A stretch of DNA of 64,000 bases from Candidatus Blackburnbacteria bacterium (GTDB lineage Bacteria; Patescibacteriota; Microgenomatia; UBA8517; UBA10165), in assembly GCA_016183565.1 (NCBI GenBank), contig JACPEJ010000001.1:226577-290576 (forward strand), read 5' to 3'. Every line of letters starts with the position of its first letter. Positions within the stretch are counted from its first letter, which is position 1. The position numbers and the translations under genes were made by a program. This document shows positions 9,518-19,584 of this stretch, one piece after another. Below the pieces are notes generated by a model, which was not told the origin of the DNA, did not search any database, and saw nothing but the letters and a program-made list of their open reading frames with translations.

Positions 9518-9522
9518 GCTCT

Positions 9523-9885
9523 ATGTTAATAAAAGCAGAACAAAAATACATAAGGATGAGTCCACGCAAGATAAGGTTAGTGGTAGATTCTGTGCGGGGT
9601 ATTAAGTTGCCTCAGCAGGTTTTGCTTTATCTTGAGCATGTTAACAAGAGGGCGGCAGGAGTGGTCTCGAAGTTAATCAAACAGGCGATTGCGAATGCTA
9701 CCAACAACCTAAGTTTGCCAGCTGATAAGCTCACGATTAAAGAGTTGCAGGTGGGTGGTGGGCCTGTGTATAAAAGAGGACAACCTGTGTCTCGTGGCCG
9801 CTTTCACCCTGTTTTAAAGCGTACTAGCCATGTGAGGATAGTTCTTGAATCTAAAGAGAGAGGAGGGAAAAACGGGAAACGTTAA
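9523..9885 (+). CDS. rplV: 50S ribosomal protein L22
   Basis: IRMSPRKIRLVVDSVRG; position in the cluster. Confidence 0.9.
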   Translation: MLIKAEQKYIRMSPRKIRLVVDSVRGIKLPQQVLLYLEHVNKRAAGVVSKLIKQAIANATNNLSLPADKLTIKELQVGGGPVYKRGQPVSRGRFHPVLKRTSHVRIVLESKERGGKNGKR

Positions 9886-9941
9886 ACGCAAAACGGCAGA
9901 CGAGAAATGTTAAACGTTTCGCGTTTTGCGTATCACATTGT

Positions 9942-10604
9942 ATGGGTCAAAAGGTTAATCCAGTAAATTTTAGAATTGGCGTTTCAAACACTTGGAAGTC
10001 TCGGTGGTTTGCAGAGAGAGGTGAATATAGGAAGTTTTTATTCGAGGATATTTTGTTAAGGCGATCTCTTGAGGAGAAATTGAAACTTGCTGGAGTTTGC
10101 AGTGTTGACATTGAGCGTTTGCCAAAGGCGATGACGATTAGGTTGTTAGTGTCTCGCCCCGGTATTGTTATTGGTAGAGGAGGATCGGGTATTGAGGATG
10201 TTAAAAAATTTGTAGTTGAAAAGTTAGGTTTTACACCCAAGAGCCCAAAACTTTCTAAGATTGAGATTATTGTGGAAGAAGTGAAAAATTCGGATTTGTC
10301 AGCACGATTGGTGGCGCAGAGGATTACTGGTGAACTGGAGCGTAGGATGCCACATCGTCGTGTTGTGACAAAGATTATGGAAAGAGTAATGGCAGCAGGG
10401 GCGAAGGGTATAAGAATATCTCTTGCTGGTAGAATTGGGGGGGCAGACATTGCAAGGTCGGAGAAATTTCAGGTTGGTTCGGTTCCGACACAGAGTTTGC
10501 GGGCAGATATTGATTATGCGCAGGCGCAGGCTCTTTTGAAAAAGGGATATGTTGGAATAAAGGTTTGGGTTTATAAAGGGCAGGAGGAAAATCATGCAGC
10601 CTAA
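9942..10604 (+). CDS. rpsC: 30S ribosomal protein S3
   Basis: MGQKVNPVNFRIGV..., KH domain. Confidence 0.93.
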   Translation: MGQKVNPVNFRIGVSNTWKSRWFAERGEYRKFLFEDILLRRSLEEKLKLAGVCSVDIERLPKAMTIRLLVSRPGIVIGRGGSGIEDVKKFVVEKLGFTPKSPKLSKIEIIVEEVKNSDLSARLVAQRITGELERRMPHRRVVTKIMERVMAAGAKGIRISLAGRIGGADIARSEKFQVGSVPTQSLRADIDYAQAQALLKKGYVGIKVWVYKGQEENHAA

Positions 10605-10998
10605 GAATCAAAAACACAGAAAAGAGTTTAGAGGTAGACGAAGAGGGAAATCTATTCGTGGATCGAATGTTGATTTTGGAGAGTATGGTCTTAAAAGTTT
10701 AGGACGTGGTTGGCTTAGTAGTAAACAGATAGAGGCAGCTCGTCGTGCCATTGCTCATGCTGTTTTACGGGGAGGAAAAATTTGGATTAGAGTTTTTCCT
10801 GCAAAGCCTGTTACCGGGCGTGCTGCTGGGGTTAGGATGGGGGGAGGTAAAGGAGATGTTCAAAAGTATGTTGCGGTTGTAACTCCTGGCAGAATACTTT
10901 TTGAAATAGCAGGGGTAAGTGAGGAGTTGGCTCGTGAGGCATTTGGAAAGGCGTCTTCGAAACTACCTTTTCCAACTAAAATTATACATAGAGGGTGA
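10594..10998 (+). CDS. rplP: 50S ribosomal protein L16
   Basis: RMGGGKGDVQKYVAVVTPGRILFEI. Confidence 0.9.
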   Translation: MQPKNQKHRKEFRGRRRGKSIRGSNVDFGEYGLKSLGRGWLSSKQIEAARRAIAHAVLRGGKIWIRVFPAKPVTGRAAGVRMGGGKGDVQKYVAVVTPGRILFEIAGVSEELAREAFGKASSKLPFPTKIIHRG

Positions 10999-11020
10999 TT
11001 ATTTTTGAAAGGAGTAAGGT

Positions 11021-11230
11021 ATGAAAAGAAGTGAATTTAAAACATTAAAAGAAAAGACGCATGATGAGTTGGCACAGATGGTAAGGATAAAACAATTGGA
11101 GATCTCAAAAGCGAGGATGGAGTTTTTGGTTGGGAAAGTTAAGAATGTACGTTTGGTTAAGAACTTACGGCATGGTTTGGCAAGGGTAAAAACTTTGATG
11201 CGAGAAAAAGAAAGGGAGGAACAAGAATGA
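11021..11230 (+). CDS. rpmC: 50S ribosomal protein L29
   Basis: 69-aa helical protein between L16 and S17; ELAQMVRIKQLEISKARME. Confidence 0.8.
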   Translation: MKRSEFKTLKEKTHDELAQMVRIKQLEISKARMEFLVGKVKNVRLVKNLRHGLARVKTLMREKEREEQE

Positions 11231-11532
11231 AAGTTTTTATAGGAAAAGTAAAAAGCGTGAGTTTGACAAAAACTGTAATTGTGGAAGTTGAGCGTTTTCG
11301 TGTTCATCCAATCTACGAGAAACGCACAAGAAGCACAAAGAGATATCCTGTACATGATGAGATAGGTGTAAAAGAGCGCGATGTGGTGGAGTTTAAAGAG
11401 ACAAGGCCTATATCAAAGACCAAGAGGTGGATGATAACACGAGTGTTGGGGAAGAGAAAAGAGGAAGAACGGGAAACGTTAAACGCAAAACGACAGATGG
11501 GAAACAAACGCAAAGTTGCCACTTCGCGGTAA
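11227..11532 (+). CDS. rpsQ: 30S ribosomal protein S17 (C-terminal extension encoded by a repeat element)
   Basis: GKVKSVSLTKTVIVEVERFRVHPIYEKR. Confidence 0.88.
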   Translation: MKVFIGKVKSVSLTKTVIVEVERFRVHPIYEKRTRSTKRYPVHDEIGVKERDVVEFKETRPISKTKRWMITRVLGKRKEEERETLNAKRQMGNKRKVATSR

Positions 11533-11568
11533 AACGTTGTACGTCTCGCGTTTCTCGTATCACGATCT

Positions 11569-11934
11569 ATGATACAAATAGAATCGGTTTTAAGACTAGC
11601 GGATAATACAGGTGCTAAAGCAATAAGAGTGATTGGCATACCTGGTTCTAATAAAAGAATTGCAACTATTGGAGATGTTGTTAGTGCAGTTGTTGATCGT
11701 GCTGATCCAAATGGTGTTGTGAAGGATAGTGAGAAGGTGAAGGCTGTAATAGTTCGGACCAAAAAAGAATGTAGACGTGTGGATGGGAGCTATGTAAGAT
11801 TTGATGATAATGCGGCTGTTATTATTGATAACCAGAAAAACCCTCGTGGTACACGAATTTTTGGACCTATCGCTCGAGAAGTTAGGGAAGCTGGATTTGC
11901 AAGGATTGCTTCTTTAGCACAGGAGGTGGTATAA
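11569..11934 (+). CDS. rplN: 50S ribosomal protein L14
   Basis: [17 protein letters not shown]... Confidence 0.93.
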   Translation: MIQIESVLRLADNTGAKAIRVIGIPGSNKRIATIGDVVSAVVDRADPNGVVKDSEKVKAVIVRTKKECRRVDGSYVRFDDNAAVIIDNQKNPRGTRIFGPIAREVREAGFARIASLAQEVV

Positions 11935-12047
11935 CCACGCTTCGCGTGGAATTTTCCCGCCTGCTATCGCCTAGCAGCGAAGCAATTGGCGGGCAGGCAA
12001 TTTTCAATGAGCAATTTTCAATTAAAAACAAACAAAAAGGAGAGTAA

Positions 12048-12353
12048 ATGAAGTTACATATAGGTGATGAAGTTTTAGTGACAGCTGGGAAAGATAAAGG
12101 GAGACGTGGGAAAATTGAGCACGTTTTTCCTAAAAAGGACCGAGTTGTTGTGCCAGGAGTTAATGTTTACAAGAGGCACAGGAAGGGTATGGGTGGTGAA
12201 AAGGGAGGGGTAAGCGAGTTTTCTCGCCCTCTTTTTGTTGCCAGTGTGGCGTTTTTTTGTACTTCTTGTAATAAACCTACACGGATTGTGTATGAGGTAG
12301 CCAAGACTGGAGAGAAGACGAGGGTGTGTGCTAAGTGTAGGAGAGAAATTTGA
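12048..12353 (+). CDS. rplX: 50S ribosomal protein L24 (KOW domain plus a C-terminal CxxC...CxxC zinc-ribbon tail)
   Basis: MKLHIGDEVLVTAGKDKGRRGKI; C-terminal CTSC...CAKC. Confidence 0.85.
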   Translation: MKLHIGDEVLVTAGKDKGRRGKIEHVFPKKDRVVVPGVNVYKRHRKGMGGEKGGVSEFSRPLFVASVAFFCTSCNKPTRIVYEVAKTGEKTRVCAKCRREI

Positions 12354-12377
12354 TATTTAATATTTGTTTTATCTACC

Positions 12378-12935
12378 ATGGTTGCACTATTAGAAAAATA
12401 CCAGACTGATGTTAGACCCAAACTTGTTAAAGAGTTAGGTTTAAGTAATACTATGGCTGCTCCTTTGGTTGAGAAGGTTGTTTTGAATATGGGTATTGGG
12501 GATTTGAAAGATAACAAGGAAGAACAAGATAGATTAATTAGTGATCTTGCGAGTATTGTGGGACAGAAACCTTCTTTGAGGAAGACGCGTAAATCTATTG
12601 CTGGTTTTAATATTCGGCAAGGGCAAGTAGTTGGAGTTGTGGTAACTGTGCGCGGGGGCAGAATGTATGACTTTTTGCAGAAACTTTTTAATATTGTTTT
12701 GCCAAGATTGCGCGACTTTAGAGGAGTATCGGGAGGTTGCTTTGACAAAGAGGGTAATTATACGTTAGGCTTGCCAGAGCATACAGTTTTTCCTGAGATA
12801 GATTTGGGGAAGGTTGGTAGGGCTAGGGGTTTGGAAGTAACTATAGTTACTAATACTCATGACAAAGAGAAAAGTAGACGGTTGTTGGAGGAGTTGGGGA
12901 TGCCTTTTGAGAAAGGGGAAAGGGGGAAGGGTTAA
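12378..12935 (+). CDS. rplE: 50S ribosomal protein L5
   Basis: VVLNMGIGD...; position in the cluster. Confidence 0.92.
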   Translation: MVALLEKYQTDVRPKLVKELGLSNTMAAPLVEKVVLNMGIGDLKDNKEEQDRLISDLASIVGQKPSLRKTRKSIAGFNIRQGQVVGVVVTVRGGRMYDFLQKLFNIVLPRLRDFRGVSGGCFDKEGNYTLGLPEHTVFPEIDLGKVGRARGLEVTIVTNTHDKEKSRRLLEELGMPFEKGERGKG

Positions 12936-12958
12936 GGGTAAAGAACCTAACGAATATT

Positions 12959-13144
12959 ATGGCAAAAACAGCAAAAGTTGTAAGAGAGACAAAAAAACTT
13001 AAGTTTGAAGGGCGCTATCGCAATCGGTGTCAAAGGTGCGGCCGGCCTCGTGGGTTTATACGAAGATTCGGTCTTTGCAGACTTTGCTTTAGGGAATTTG
13101 CATCTCAAGGCCAGATTCCAGGCGTAAGGAAGGCATCTTGGTAA
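12959..13144 (+). CDS. rpsZ: 30S ribosomal protein S14 type Z (zinc-binding)
   Basis: 61 aa, [23 protein letters not shown]. Confidence 0.92.
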   Translation: MAKTAKVVRETKKLKFEGRYRNRCQRCGRPRGFIRRFGLCRLCFREFASQGQIPGVRKASW

Positions 13145-13251
13145 AAAAAGTAAATGTATCAAATGTATCAGAGAAATATCAGAGGAATCAAAAAGATTAA
13201 TAAAGGAAGGAGAGCAGCGAGTTTAGCCGGAGGCCAAGCTTTGCTTGCGAG

Positions 13252-13282
13252 CGTCGAGAGGAAACCTTGGTGTCCTCTCGAG
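13252..13282 (+). promoter_or_regulatory. perfect 10-bp-stem hairpin immediately upstream of the rpsH start
   Basis: ctcgagagga-aaccttggtg-tcctctcgag. Confidence 0.4.
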
Positions 13283-13289
13283 ATTAAGT

Positions 13290-13670
13290 ATGGTTACTGA
13301 TCCAGTAGGAGACTTTCTAACACAAATAAAGAATGCAGCTTATAGAAAAGTGGTGGAGGTTTGTGTGCCTTACTCAAAAATGAAGGATAGTATTGCGCAG
13401 GTACTTAAGGGGGAAGGATATCTTACTGACGTTGTGAAAGAGGATAATCGGTTGCGTGTTGTGCTTACATTTAGAAGGCGTCGTGCGATTATTTCAGATA
13501 TTAAAAACGTATCACGTCCAGGTTTGCGTATTTACAGACCAACAAAGAGATTACCTTCACCCTTAGGAGGGGCTGGTATTTCTATTATTTCAACCTCGAA
13601 GGGGGTTATGTCTAACAGGGAAGCAAAAAGGCTTGGGTTGGGTGGAGAAGTGCTAGGGGAGGTGTGGTAA
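13290..13670 (+). CDS. rpsH: 30S ribosomal protein S8
   Basis: MVTDPVGDFLTQIKNA... Confidence 0.92.
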   Translation: MVTDPVGDFLTQIKNAAYRKVVEVCVPYSKMKDSIAQVLKGEGYLTDVVKEDNRLRVVLTFRRRRAIISDIKNVSRPGLRIYRPTKRLPSPLGGAGISIISTSKGVMSNREAKRLGLGGEVLGEVW

Positions 13671-14215
13671 TGAGTAAGATAGGGAAAAAACCGTTAATAA
13701 TACCAGAAGGTGTCACTCTTCAAAAAGAGGGAAGGATGCTTAGGGTTTTGGGACCTAAAGGTGAGTTGTCGTTTAATCTTCCTGTGGGTGTAGAAGTGGT
13801 TATTAAAGACGATACTGTGAATATTGTGCAGACAGACGGTGATACGACTCGATTGGTTGGCCTTTATGGAAGGCTTATTGCGAATGCTATAGTGGGTGTT
13901 GTAGAAGGGTGGACTAAGACTTTAGAACTTATAGGAACTGGTTATCGTGCGCGATTGGAAGGGAACGATCTTGTTTTAGCTCTTGGTTTTTCTCATCCTA
14001 TTCGGATTACAGCACCTGCTGGTGTAAGTTTTTCTGTGGAGGAGAATAGGATTAAAGTTTTGGGAAGCAATCGAGAAGTGGTTGGGCAGATAGCGGCCAA
14101 TATTCGAATGATGAGGCCACCTGAGCCTTATCAGGGTAAGGGGGTAAGGTATCAGAATGAGTATGTTCGCAGGAAGGCAGGTAAGTCGGCTAAAACGGGA
14201 GCTAAGGCGGCGTAA
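13670..14215 (+). CDS. rplF: 50S ribosomal protein L6
   Basis: [15 protein letters not shown]; TAATG overlap with rpsH. Confidence 0.92.
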   Translation: MSKIGKKPLIIPEGVTLQKEGRMLRVLGPKGELSFNLPVGVEVVIKDDTVNIVQTDGDTTRLVGLYGRLIANAIVGVVEGWTKTLELIGTGYRARLEGNDLVLALGFSHPIRITAPAGVSFSVEENRIKVLGSNREVVGQIAANIRMMRPPEPYQGKGVRYQNEYVRRKAGKSAKTGAKAA

Positions 14216-14237
14216 AGCTCTTTTGGGGAGAGGATAT

Positions 14238-14570
14238 ATGAATAAAGCAAAAAGGGAGAAACAAGTTAAAAGAGTAAGGGCAAAACTAAGGCATGCGACA
14301 CGGCCAAGGCTGTCTGTGTTTGTGTCAAATAAACATATTTATGCGCAGATAATTGATGACCACAAAGGGGAAACAATTGTGTCGGTTAGTGATGTTGGAA
14401 TGGAGAGTAGTAAGAACATTAAAGTGGCTCAAAAAATTGGAGAACTTATAGCTGTTAAGGCGAAGGAAAAGAAAGTAAAAGAAGTAGTTTTTGATAGGGG
14501 TGGGAAGAAATATCATGGTAGAGTTAAGGTTCTTGCGGAAAGCGCAAGAGAGCATGGGTTAGTTTTTTAA
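14238..14570 (+). CDS. rplR: 50S ribosomal protein L18
   Basis: [30 protein letters not shown]. Confidence 0.9.
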   Translation: MNKAKREKQVKRVRAKLRHATRPRLSVFVSNKHIYAQIIDDHKGETIVSVSDVGMESSKNIKVAQKIGELIAVKAKEKKVKEVVFDRGGKKYHGRVKVLAESAREHGLVF

Positions 14571-14572
14571 AC

Positions 14573-15034
14573 ATGGAAAGAGATTTTCAAGAGACAGTAA
14601 TAGAAATAAATAGAATTTCTAAAAAAACGAAAGGTGGAAATCAAATAAGGTTTTCGGCCCTTGTAGTTGTGGGAGACAAGAAAGGTGGAGTGGGTGTTGG
14701 TTTGAGTAAGGCACCGAATGTTGTTTCTGCTATTAGGAAGGCAATTACTCAGGCAAGGAAGAATATGGTTAAAATACCACTCAAGGGAACAACCATACCT
14801 TTTAGTGTGCGAGTAAAGTATGGGGCTGCTAGGGTGATGCTTAAACCAGCAAGACCTGGTTCGGGTGTTGTTGCCGGAGGGCCACTCCGAGCTGTTTTTG
14901 AGTCAGCGGGGGTAAAAGATATTGTTGCCAAGATTTTGGGAACTAACAATAAAACAAGCAATTTATATGCAACCATTGAGGCGGTAAGAATGCTTAATGG
15001 TCTTTTGGAAGTACAAAAGGAGGTAGTATTGTGA
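14573..15034 (+). CDS. rpsE: 30S ribosomal protein S5
   Basis: VVGDKKGGVGVGLSKAPNVVSAIRKA. Confidence 0.93.
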   Translation: MERDFQETVIEINRISKKTKGGNQIRFSALVVVGDKKGGVGVGLSKAPNVVSAIRKAITQARKNMVKIPLKGTTIPFSVRVKYGAARVMLKPARPGSGVVAGGPLRAVFESAGVKDIVAKILGTNNKTSNLYATIEAVRMLNGLLEVQKEVVL

Positions 15035-15480
15035 TTAGTATTGGAAATTTGCCACCAGTAAAACAGAAGACAAAGAAGCGATTAGGTCGTGGGTATGGAA
15101 GTGGCAAGGGTGGTCATACAGCAAGTCGTGGTCAAAAAGGGCAAAAAAGTCGAAGTAAAATTCACCCACTTTTTGAAGGAACGAAGAACAAAAAGTCTCT
15201 TATCCAGCGTTTGCCTTTACTTAGAGGGAAAGGTAAATTGAAACCTTCTGTTTCTCGTCCGTTTGTGGTGGAGGTTGGTAAGCTTAATGTTTTTGCGGAG
15301 GGTAGTGTTGTGGATGTTGATGTTCTTGTTGCAAAAGGTGTTTTGCCTAAAGAGGCGAAAAATGCTGGTGTAAAGATATTGAGTAATGGTAAACTGGAAA
15401 AGAAGTTAACGGTAAATTTGCCGGTAACTCGTGGTGCAGCCTCACAAATTAAGGCTCTAGGAGGAGTTATTCAAGAATGA
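15031..15480 (+). CDS. rplO: 50S ribosomal protein L15
   Basis: [27 protein letters not shown]. Confidence 0.9.
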   Translation: MISIGNLPPVKQKTKKRLGRGYGSGKGGHTASRGQKGQKSRSKIHPLFEGTKNKKSLIQRLPLLRGKGKLKPSVSRPFVVEVGKLNVFAEGSVVDVDVLVAKGVLPKEAKNAGVKILSNGKLEKKLTVNLPVTRGAASQIKALGGVIQE

Positions 15481-16757
15481 GGGCGGTTTCGAACCTTCTT
15501 CGCGCATGGTCTATACCTGAACTTCGTAGGAAACTTATTTTTACCGGAGTTATCTTTGTTATTTTTCGCTTGGTTGCACATATTCCGGCTTCTGGAATTG
15601 ACCGAGAGGCTTTACGGTTGTTATTTGCACAGAGTCAATTTTTGTCCTTGTTGGATATTTTTTCGGGAGGGACTCTTGCAAACTTTTCTATTTTGGCCCT
15701 TGGCCTTAATCCTTATATTAATGCTTCCATAATCTTGCAGCTTTTAACGTTGGTTTTTCCTCAACTTGAGGAATTATCAAAAGAAGGAGAAGCTGGGCGG
15801 GCAAAAATCAATCAATATACGAGGTTTTTGACTGTTCCCCTTGCTGCGCTTCAGTCGATTGGTATGTATTTCTTGCTTAATAGTCAGAATGTTGTTTCGT
15901 CTTTAGGTGTTGTTCCTTTGGTTGTTTTGATGGTAACAATGACTGCAGGAACGGTTTTTGTAGTTTGGTTGGGAGAGCTTATTACGGAGTATGGAATAGG
16001 GAATGGTATATCTATTCTTATTTTTGCCGGCATTGTTGGTAGGTTGCCTGTAGTTTTCAGTCAAACTTTTTTGACGGTGACTGCTCAAGATCTTTTTCCG
16101 ATAATAACTTTTGCTCTTGTTTCAGTAATTGTGATAGCAGGTGTTGTTTTTATGAATGAAGCGACAAGGCGTATTCCAGTTCAGTATGCTAGGCGTGCTA
16201 GCCGAGGTGGTGTGGTTGCACAACAAACTCACTTGCCATTGCGCCTTAATCAGGCTGGTGTCATTCCAATTATTTTTGCAATCTCTCTTGTTTTGGCTCC
16301 TTCTATGTTTGGTCAATTTTTGTCACGTGTTCCGAATCCTAATATTTCTTGGTTTGCTTCCAATTTGTCCAGCTGGTTTAGTCCTGGTTCTGTTGTTTAT
16401 AATGTTGTCTACTTTTTGTTGGTTGTTGGTTTTACTTTCTTCTACACAGCTTTTATTTTCAATCCTACAAAGATTGCAGATGAGATTAAAAAGCACGGGG
16501 GATTTGTTCCAGGTATAAGGCCGGGTGGGGCAACCAGTCACTATTTAAATTTTGTTTTGAATAGGATAACTTTGGTTGGTGCTTTGTTTTTGGGGTTGAT
16601 TGCAGTACTTCCTTCTGTTGTTCAGTCTTTTACTCAAGTTGCTGCGTTAGCAATTGGTGGTACTGGAATTTTAATAGTTGTCTCGGTTGTATTAGAAACT
16701 ACGAAGAAAATTGAGGCTCAGTTGGCAATGCGGAACTACGATAAATTTCTTACTTAA
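15477..16757 (+). CDS. secY: preprotein translocase SecY
   Basis: 426 aa, 10 TM helices, follows rplO. Confidence 0.93.
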   Translation: MRAVSNLLRAWSIPELRRKLIFTGVIFVIFRLVAHIPASGIDREALRLLFAQSQFLSLLDIFSGGTLANFSILALGLNPYINASIILQLLTLVFPQLEELSKEGEAGRAKINQYTRFLTVPLAALQSIGMYFLLNSQNVVSSLGVVPLVVLMVTMTAGTVFVVWLGELITEYGIGNGISILIFAGIVGRLPVVFSQTFLTVTAQDLFPIITFALVSVIVIAGVVFMNEATRRIPVQYARRASRGGVVAQQTHLPLRLNQAGVIPIIFAISLVLAPSMFGQFLSRVPNPNISWFASNLSSWFSPGSVVYNVVYFLLVVGFTFFYTAFIFNPTKIADEIKKHGGFVPGIRPGGATSHYLNFVLNRITLVGALFLGLIAVLPSVVQSFTQVAALAIGGTGILIVVSVVLETTKKIEAQLAMRNYDKFLT

Positions 16758-16758
16758 G

Positions 16759-17298
16759 ATGAACATTGTATTTTTAGGTCCTCAAGGATCTGGCAAAAGT
16801 ACACAGGCCGAACTTGTAAGTCAGCACTTGAAACTTCCACTTTTAGTTATTGGGGATTTTTTGCGATCTGAGGCTAGAAAAGAAACGTCTGTGGGGAGGC
16901 GTATTGCCCAACTTATCAAAAGAGGGGAACTTATAGAAGATACTTTGCTTGTGTCGCTTCTAAAGAAGGAATTGGTAAAAGAGAAGTACAAGGGTGGTCT
17001 AATTCTTGATGGGGCACCACGGACGTTGAAACAAGCATATCTTTTTGAACCCGTTTTGTCAGTTGATCAAGTGGTTTATCTTTCTATCCCCGACTTGGTT
17101 GCTTACGAGCGCCTCTTCAAGAGAGGCAGGTTTGATGACACTCCGGAGCTTATTAAACGGCGTTTGGAGATTTACCACGATGAAACGGATCCAGTACTGT
17201 CTTATTACAAAAAAGCGGGTGTGCTTACAACGATTGATGGGATACCGGATGTACAGACTATTTTTAAGGAGATAGTCTCAAAAGCGAGATTGCGTTAG
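16759..17298 (+). CDS. adk: adenylate kinase
   Basis: MNIVFLGPQGSGKSTQ P-loop; ...ILDGAPRTLKQA. Confidence 0.88.
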   Translation: MNIVFLGPQGSGKSTQAELVSQHLKLPLLVIGDFLRSEARKETSVGRRIAQLIKRGELIEDTLLVSLLKKELVKEKYKGGLILDGAPRTLKQAYLFEPVLSVDQVVYLSIPDLVAYERLFKRGRFDDTPELIKRRLEIYHDETDPVLSYYKKAGVLTTIDGIPDVQTIFKEIVSKARLR

Positions 17299-17321
17299 TG
17301 TGGGGACAAATTTTGTTTGAA

Positions 17322-17490
17322 AGCGGGGCCTGTCGCGCGCTCGTCCTCGGTCCGTATGTCCTCACTAGCGCTGCGGTCGCTCGACGGGACTCCTCGTTCG
17401 AGTCTGAGCCGATTCGGCCTGAGCTCACGGTCGAAGGACCTGAGGGCTCATCCCTCAGAGTCGAAGACCTCCCATACTGACACCCGCCTT
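17322..17490 (+). repeat. GC-rich structured repeat element, copy 1 (intergenic, ends in a T-run)
   Basis: ~165 nt at >60% GC in a ~40% GC genome; a near-identical copy lies at 49946-50078 inside recJ; internal palindromes (ctgagggctcatccctcag). Confidence 0.8.
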
Positions 17491-17507
17491 TTTTTATTAG
17501 TTAGCTT

Positions 17508-18257
17508 ATGGTTATACCTAAAACTCTTGAAGAGATTGAAATTGTGAGAGAAGGTGGGCAAAGGCTTGCTCGGATTAAGGACGAGTTGCGGCAGATGGTT
17601 TGTCCTTCTGTTACTCCGATTGAAATTGAAAGAAGGGCGGAGTGTCTTATATTGGAGGCTGGGGGCCAGCCTTCGTTTAAGATGGTGCGAGGTTATCGAT
17701 GGGCTACTTGTATTAATATAAACGAGGGGGTGGTTCACGGAATTCCGGGGAAGGTTCCTTTTAAGGAGGGTGATATTGTGACGGTTGATGTAGGTATTTT
17801 TTATAAAGGTTTTCACTCGGATAGTGCTTTTACTTTGGTTGTAGGGCAACCGTCAAAAGAGCGGCAGTCTTTTCTTGGGGCTGGTAAGGAGGCTTTGCGA
17901 AGGTCGATTAAAGAAGCGAAGCAGGGTAACAGAATAGCAGATATCTCAAGAACTATTCAAGAAGTTTTAGAGAAAAGGGGCTATTCGCCAGTTTACGAGT
18001 TGACGGGTCACGGTATTGGGAGACAACTGCATGAAGATCCTCAGATTCCATGTTTTTTAGAAGGAGATCCTTGTAGGTCTCCCCTTATTCCGGAAGGAGC
18101 GGTTCTTGCGATAGAGGTGATTTATACTCAAGGGTCTCCCCGATTGGTGCTATCCGACGATGGATGGACAATAAGCACAAAAGATGGTAAAATTGGCGCA
18201 GTATTTGAGGAAACTGTTGCAGTTGTACATGGGCAACCCCAGATACTAACTGCCTAA
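17508..18257 (+). CDS. map: methionine aminopeptidase type I
   Basis: 249 aa, pita-bread fold motifs (VVHGIPG, GHGIGR). Confidence 0.9.
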   Translation: MVIPKTLEEIEIVREGGQRLARIKDELRQMVCPSVTPIEIERRAECLILEAGGQPSFKMVRGYRWATCININEGVVHGIPGKVPFKEGDIVTVDVGIFYKGFHSDSAFTLVVGQPSKERQSFLGAGKEALRRSIKEAKQGNRIADISRTIQEVLEKRGYSPVYELTGHGIGRQLHEDPQIPCFLEGDPCRSPLIPEGAVLAIEVIYTQGSPRLVLSDDGWTISTKDGKIGAVFEETVAVVHGQPQILTA

Positions 18258-18263
18258 AATATC

Positions 18264-18293
18264 GCCCTCCCAAACCGAGGGCTTTTGTATGGA
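18264..18293 (+). terminator. intrinsic terminator after map
   Basis: gccctc-ccaaacc-gagggc followed by ttttg. Confidence 0.5.
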
Positions 18294-18308
18294 GTTGGAA
18301 TTTTTGCA

Positions 18309-18566
18309 ATGGAAGAAAACACAGGTCAGAGTCTGGCGCAAAATGATGGGGGACAAGAAGAAAATGAGCGGATTCTTGGGACAGTACTTGAATCTTTGCC
18401 CAACACTATGTTTAGGATAGAGCTATCAGATGGTCGCAAGGTCATTGCGACTGTTGCAGGCAAAATGCGAAGGCATTTTATTAGGATTTTGCCGGGTGAT
18501 AAGGTAACTGTTGAGATGACACCGTATGACAAAGAAAGAGGTCGTATTGTGTGGAGACAAAAATAA
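18309..18566 (+). CDS. infA: translation initiation factor IF-1
   Basis: [43 protein letters not shown]. Confidence 0.92.
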   Translation: MEENTGQSLAQNDGGQEENERILGTVLESLPNTMFRIELSDGRKVIATVAGKMRRHFIRILPGDKVTVEMTPYDKERGRIVWRQK

Positions 18567-18682
18567 TGAAGGTACAAGCATCAGTGAAGAAAATTTGTAA
18601 GGATTGTAAAATCGCTAAACGACGGGGAGTTCTTTTCGTGATTTGCAAAAATCCGAGACACAAACAGAGACAAGGGTAAAGA
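18566..18682 (+). CDS. rpmJ: 50S ribosomal protein L36 (38 aa; absent from the ORF track)
   Basis: [37 protein letters not shown]; TAATG overlap with infA. Confidence 0.9.
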
Positions 18683-18704
18683 GAAGAAAGTAGAAGATAT
18701 TATT

Positions 18705-18752
18705 ATGTCGAGAATAAGAACCTGGCTTCGCCAGAACCTTGTTCTCAATTGA
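18705..18752 (+). other. 15-codon upstream ORF created by an 18-nt duplication of the rpsM translation start
   Basis: attattatgtcgagaata occurs at 18697-18716 and 18757-18774; the uORF MSRIRTWLRQNLVLN* contains the palindrome agaacctggcttcgccagaaccttgttct. Confidence 0.4.
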
Positions 18753-18762
18753 AAGGATTATT

Positions 18763-19161
18763 ATGTCGAGAATAGCAGGAATTGATTTACCAGACAGCAA
18801 AAGAATAGACTACTCACTTACCCTTATTTATGGGATTGGCTGGAGATTGTCTGAAAAGGTTCTAGAGGGTAGTCGGGTAGATCCTTCTAAGCGGGTTCGT
18901 GATTTGTCGGAAGAAGAATTAGTTCGTATTAACAAAGCTTTGGAGAGTTATGTTATCGAGGGGGATTTGAGACGAGAGATTCGGCAAAATATCCAAAGAC
19001 TTAGAGATATTAGTTCATATCGTGGTGTAAGACATGGTAGATCTTTACCTGTGAGAGGGCAGCGGACAAAGACAAATGCTCGGACTAAAAGAGGAAAGAG
19101 AAAGACAGTTGGTGCGTTCAAAAAGGAAGCATTGACTAAGATGACACAGTCGAAAAAGTGA
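18763..19161 (+). CDS. rpsM: 30S ribosomal protein S13
   Basis: [14 protein letters not shown]... Confidence 0.93.
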   Translation: MSRIAGIDLPDSKRIDYSLTLIYGIGWRLSEKVLEGSRVDPSKRVRDLSEEELVRINKALESYVIEGDLRREIRQNIQRLRDISSYRGVRHGRSLPVRGQRTKTNARTKRGKRKTVGAFKKEALTKMTQSKK

Positions 19162-19177
19162 AGAGAGAGTAGAAAAT

Positions 19178-19582
19178 ATGGCAAAAAACAAAAAGAAAAC
19201 AGACAAGGGACAGTCGCGCTGGAAAAGAGAACAGGTTCCAGTGGGAAAAGTGTTTGTTAGTGCTTCGTTTAATAACACACTTGTGACTGTGACTGATGAA
19301 AAAGGTGGTGCTTTGAATTGGGGATCAGCAGGTAGATCGGGTTTTAAAGGAACAAGAAAGGCTACACCATATGCTGCTACTTCCGCTGTTGAGTCAGTGA
19401 TACGGCGTGCGAAAGAGGACTTTGGGCTAAAAAATGTTGACGTTTACCTAAAGGGGCCAGGGCCAGGCAGGGATGCTGCGCTTCGAGCAATTAAAAGTGT
19501 TGGGCTTAGGATGAATCTTATTGCTGATGTGACGCCTATGCCGCACAATGGCCCTCGGGCTAGGAAGAAAAGGAGAGTTTAA
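19178..19582 (+). CDS. rpsK: 30S ribosomal protein S11
   Basis: [21 protein letters not shown]. Confidence 0.93.
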   Translation: MAKNKKKTDKGQSRWKREQVPVGKVFVSASFNNTLVTVTDEKGGALNWGSAGRSGFKGTRKATPYAATSAVESVIRRAKEDFGLKNVDVYLKGPGPGRDAALRAIKSVGLRMNLIADVTPMPHNGPRARKKRRV

Positions 19583-19584
19583 TT

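Noticed and set aside
17298-17480. 60-aa ORF (MWGQILFESGACRALVLGPYVLTSAAVARRDSSFESEPIRPELTVEGPEGSSLRVEDLPY)
   Set aside because: It is simply the GC-rich repeat element read in its open frame. It has no Shine-Dalgarno and its composition is driven by the repeat, so I treat it as non-coding.
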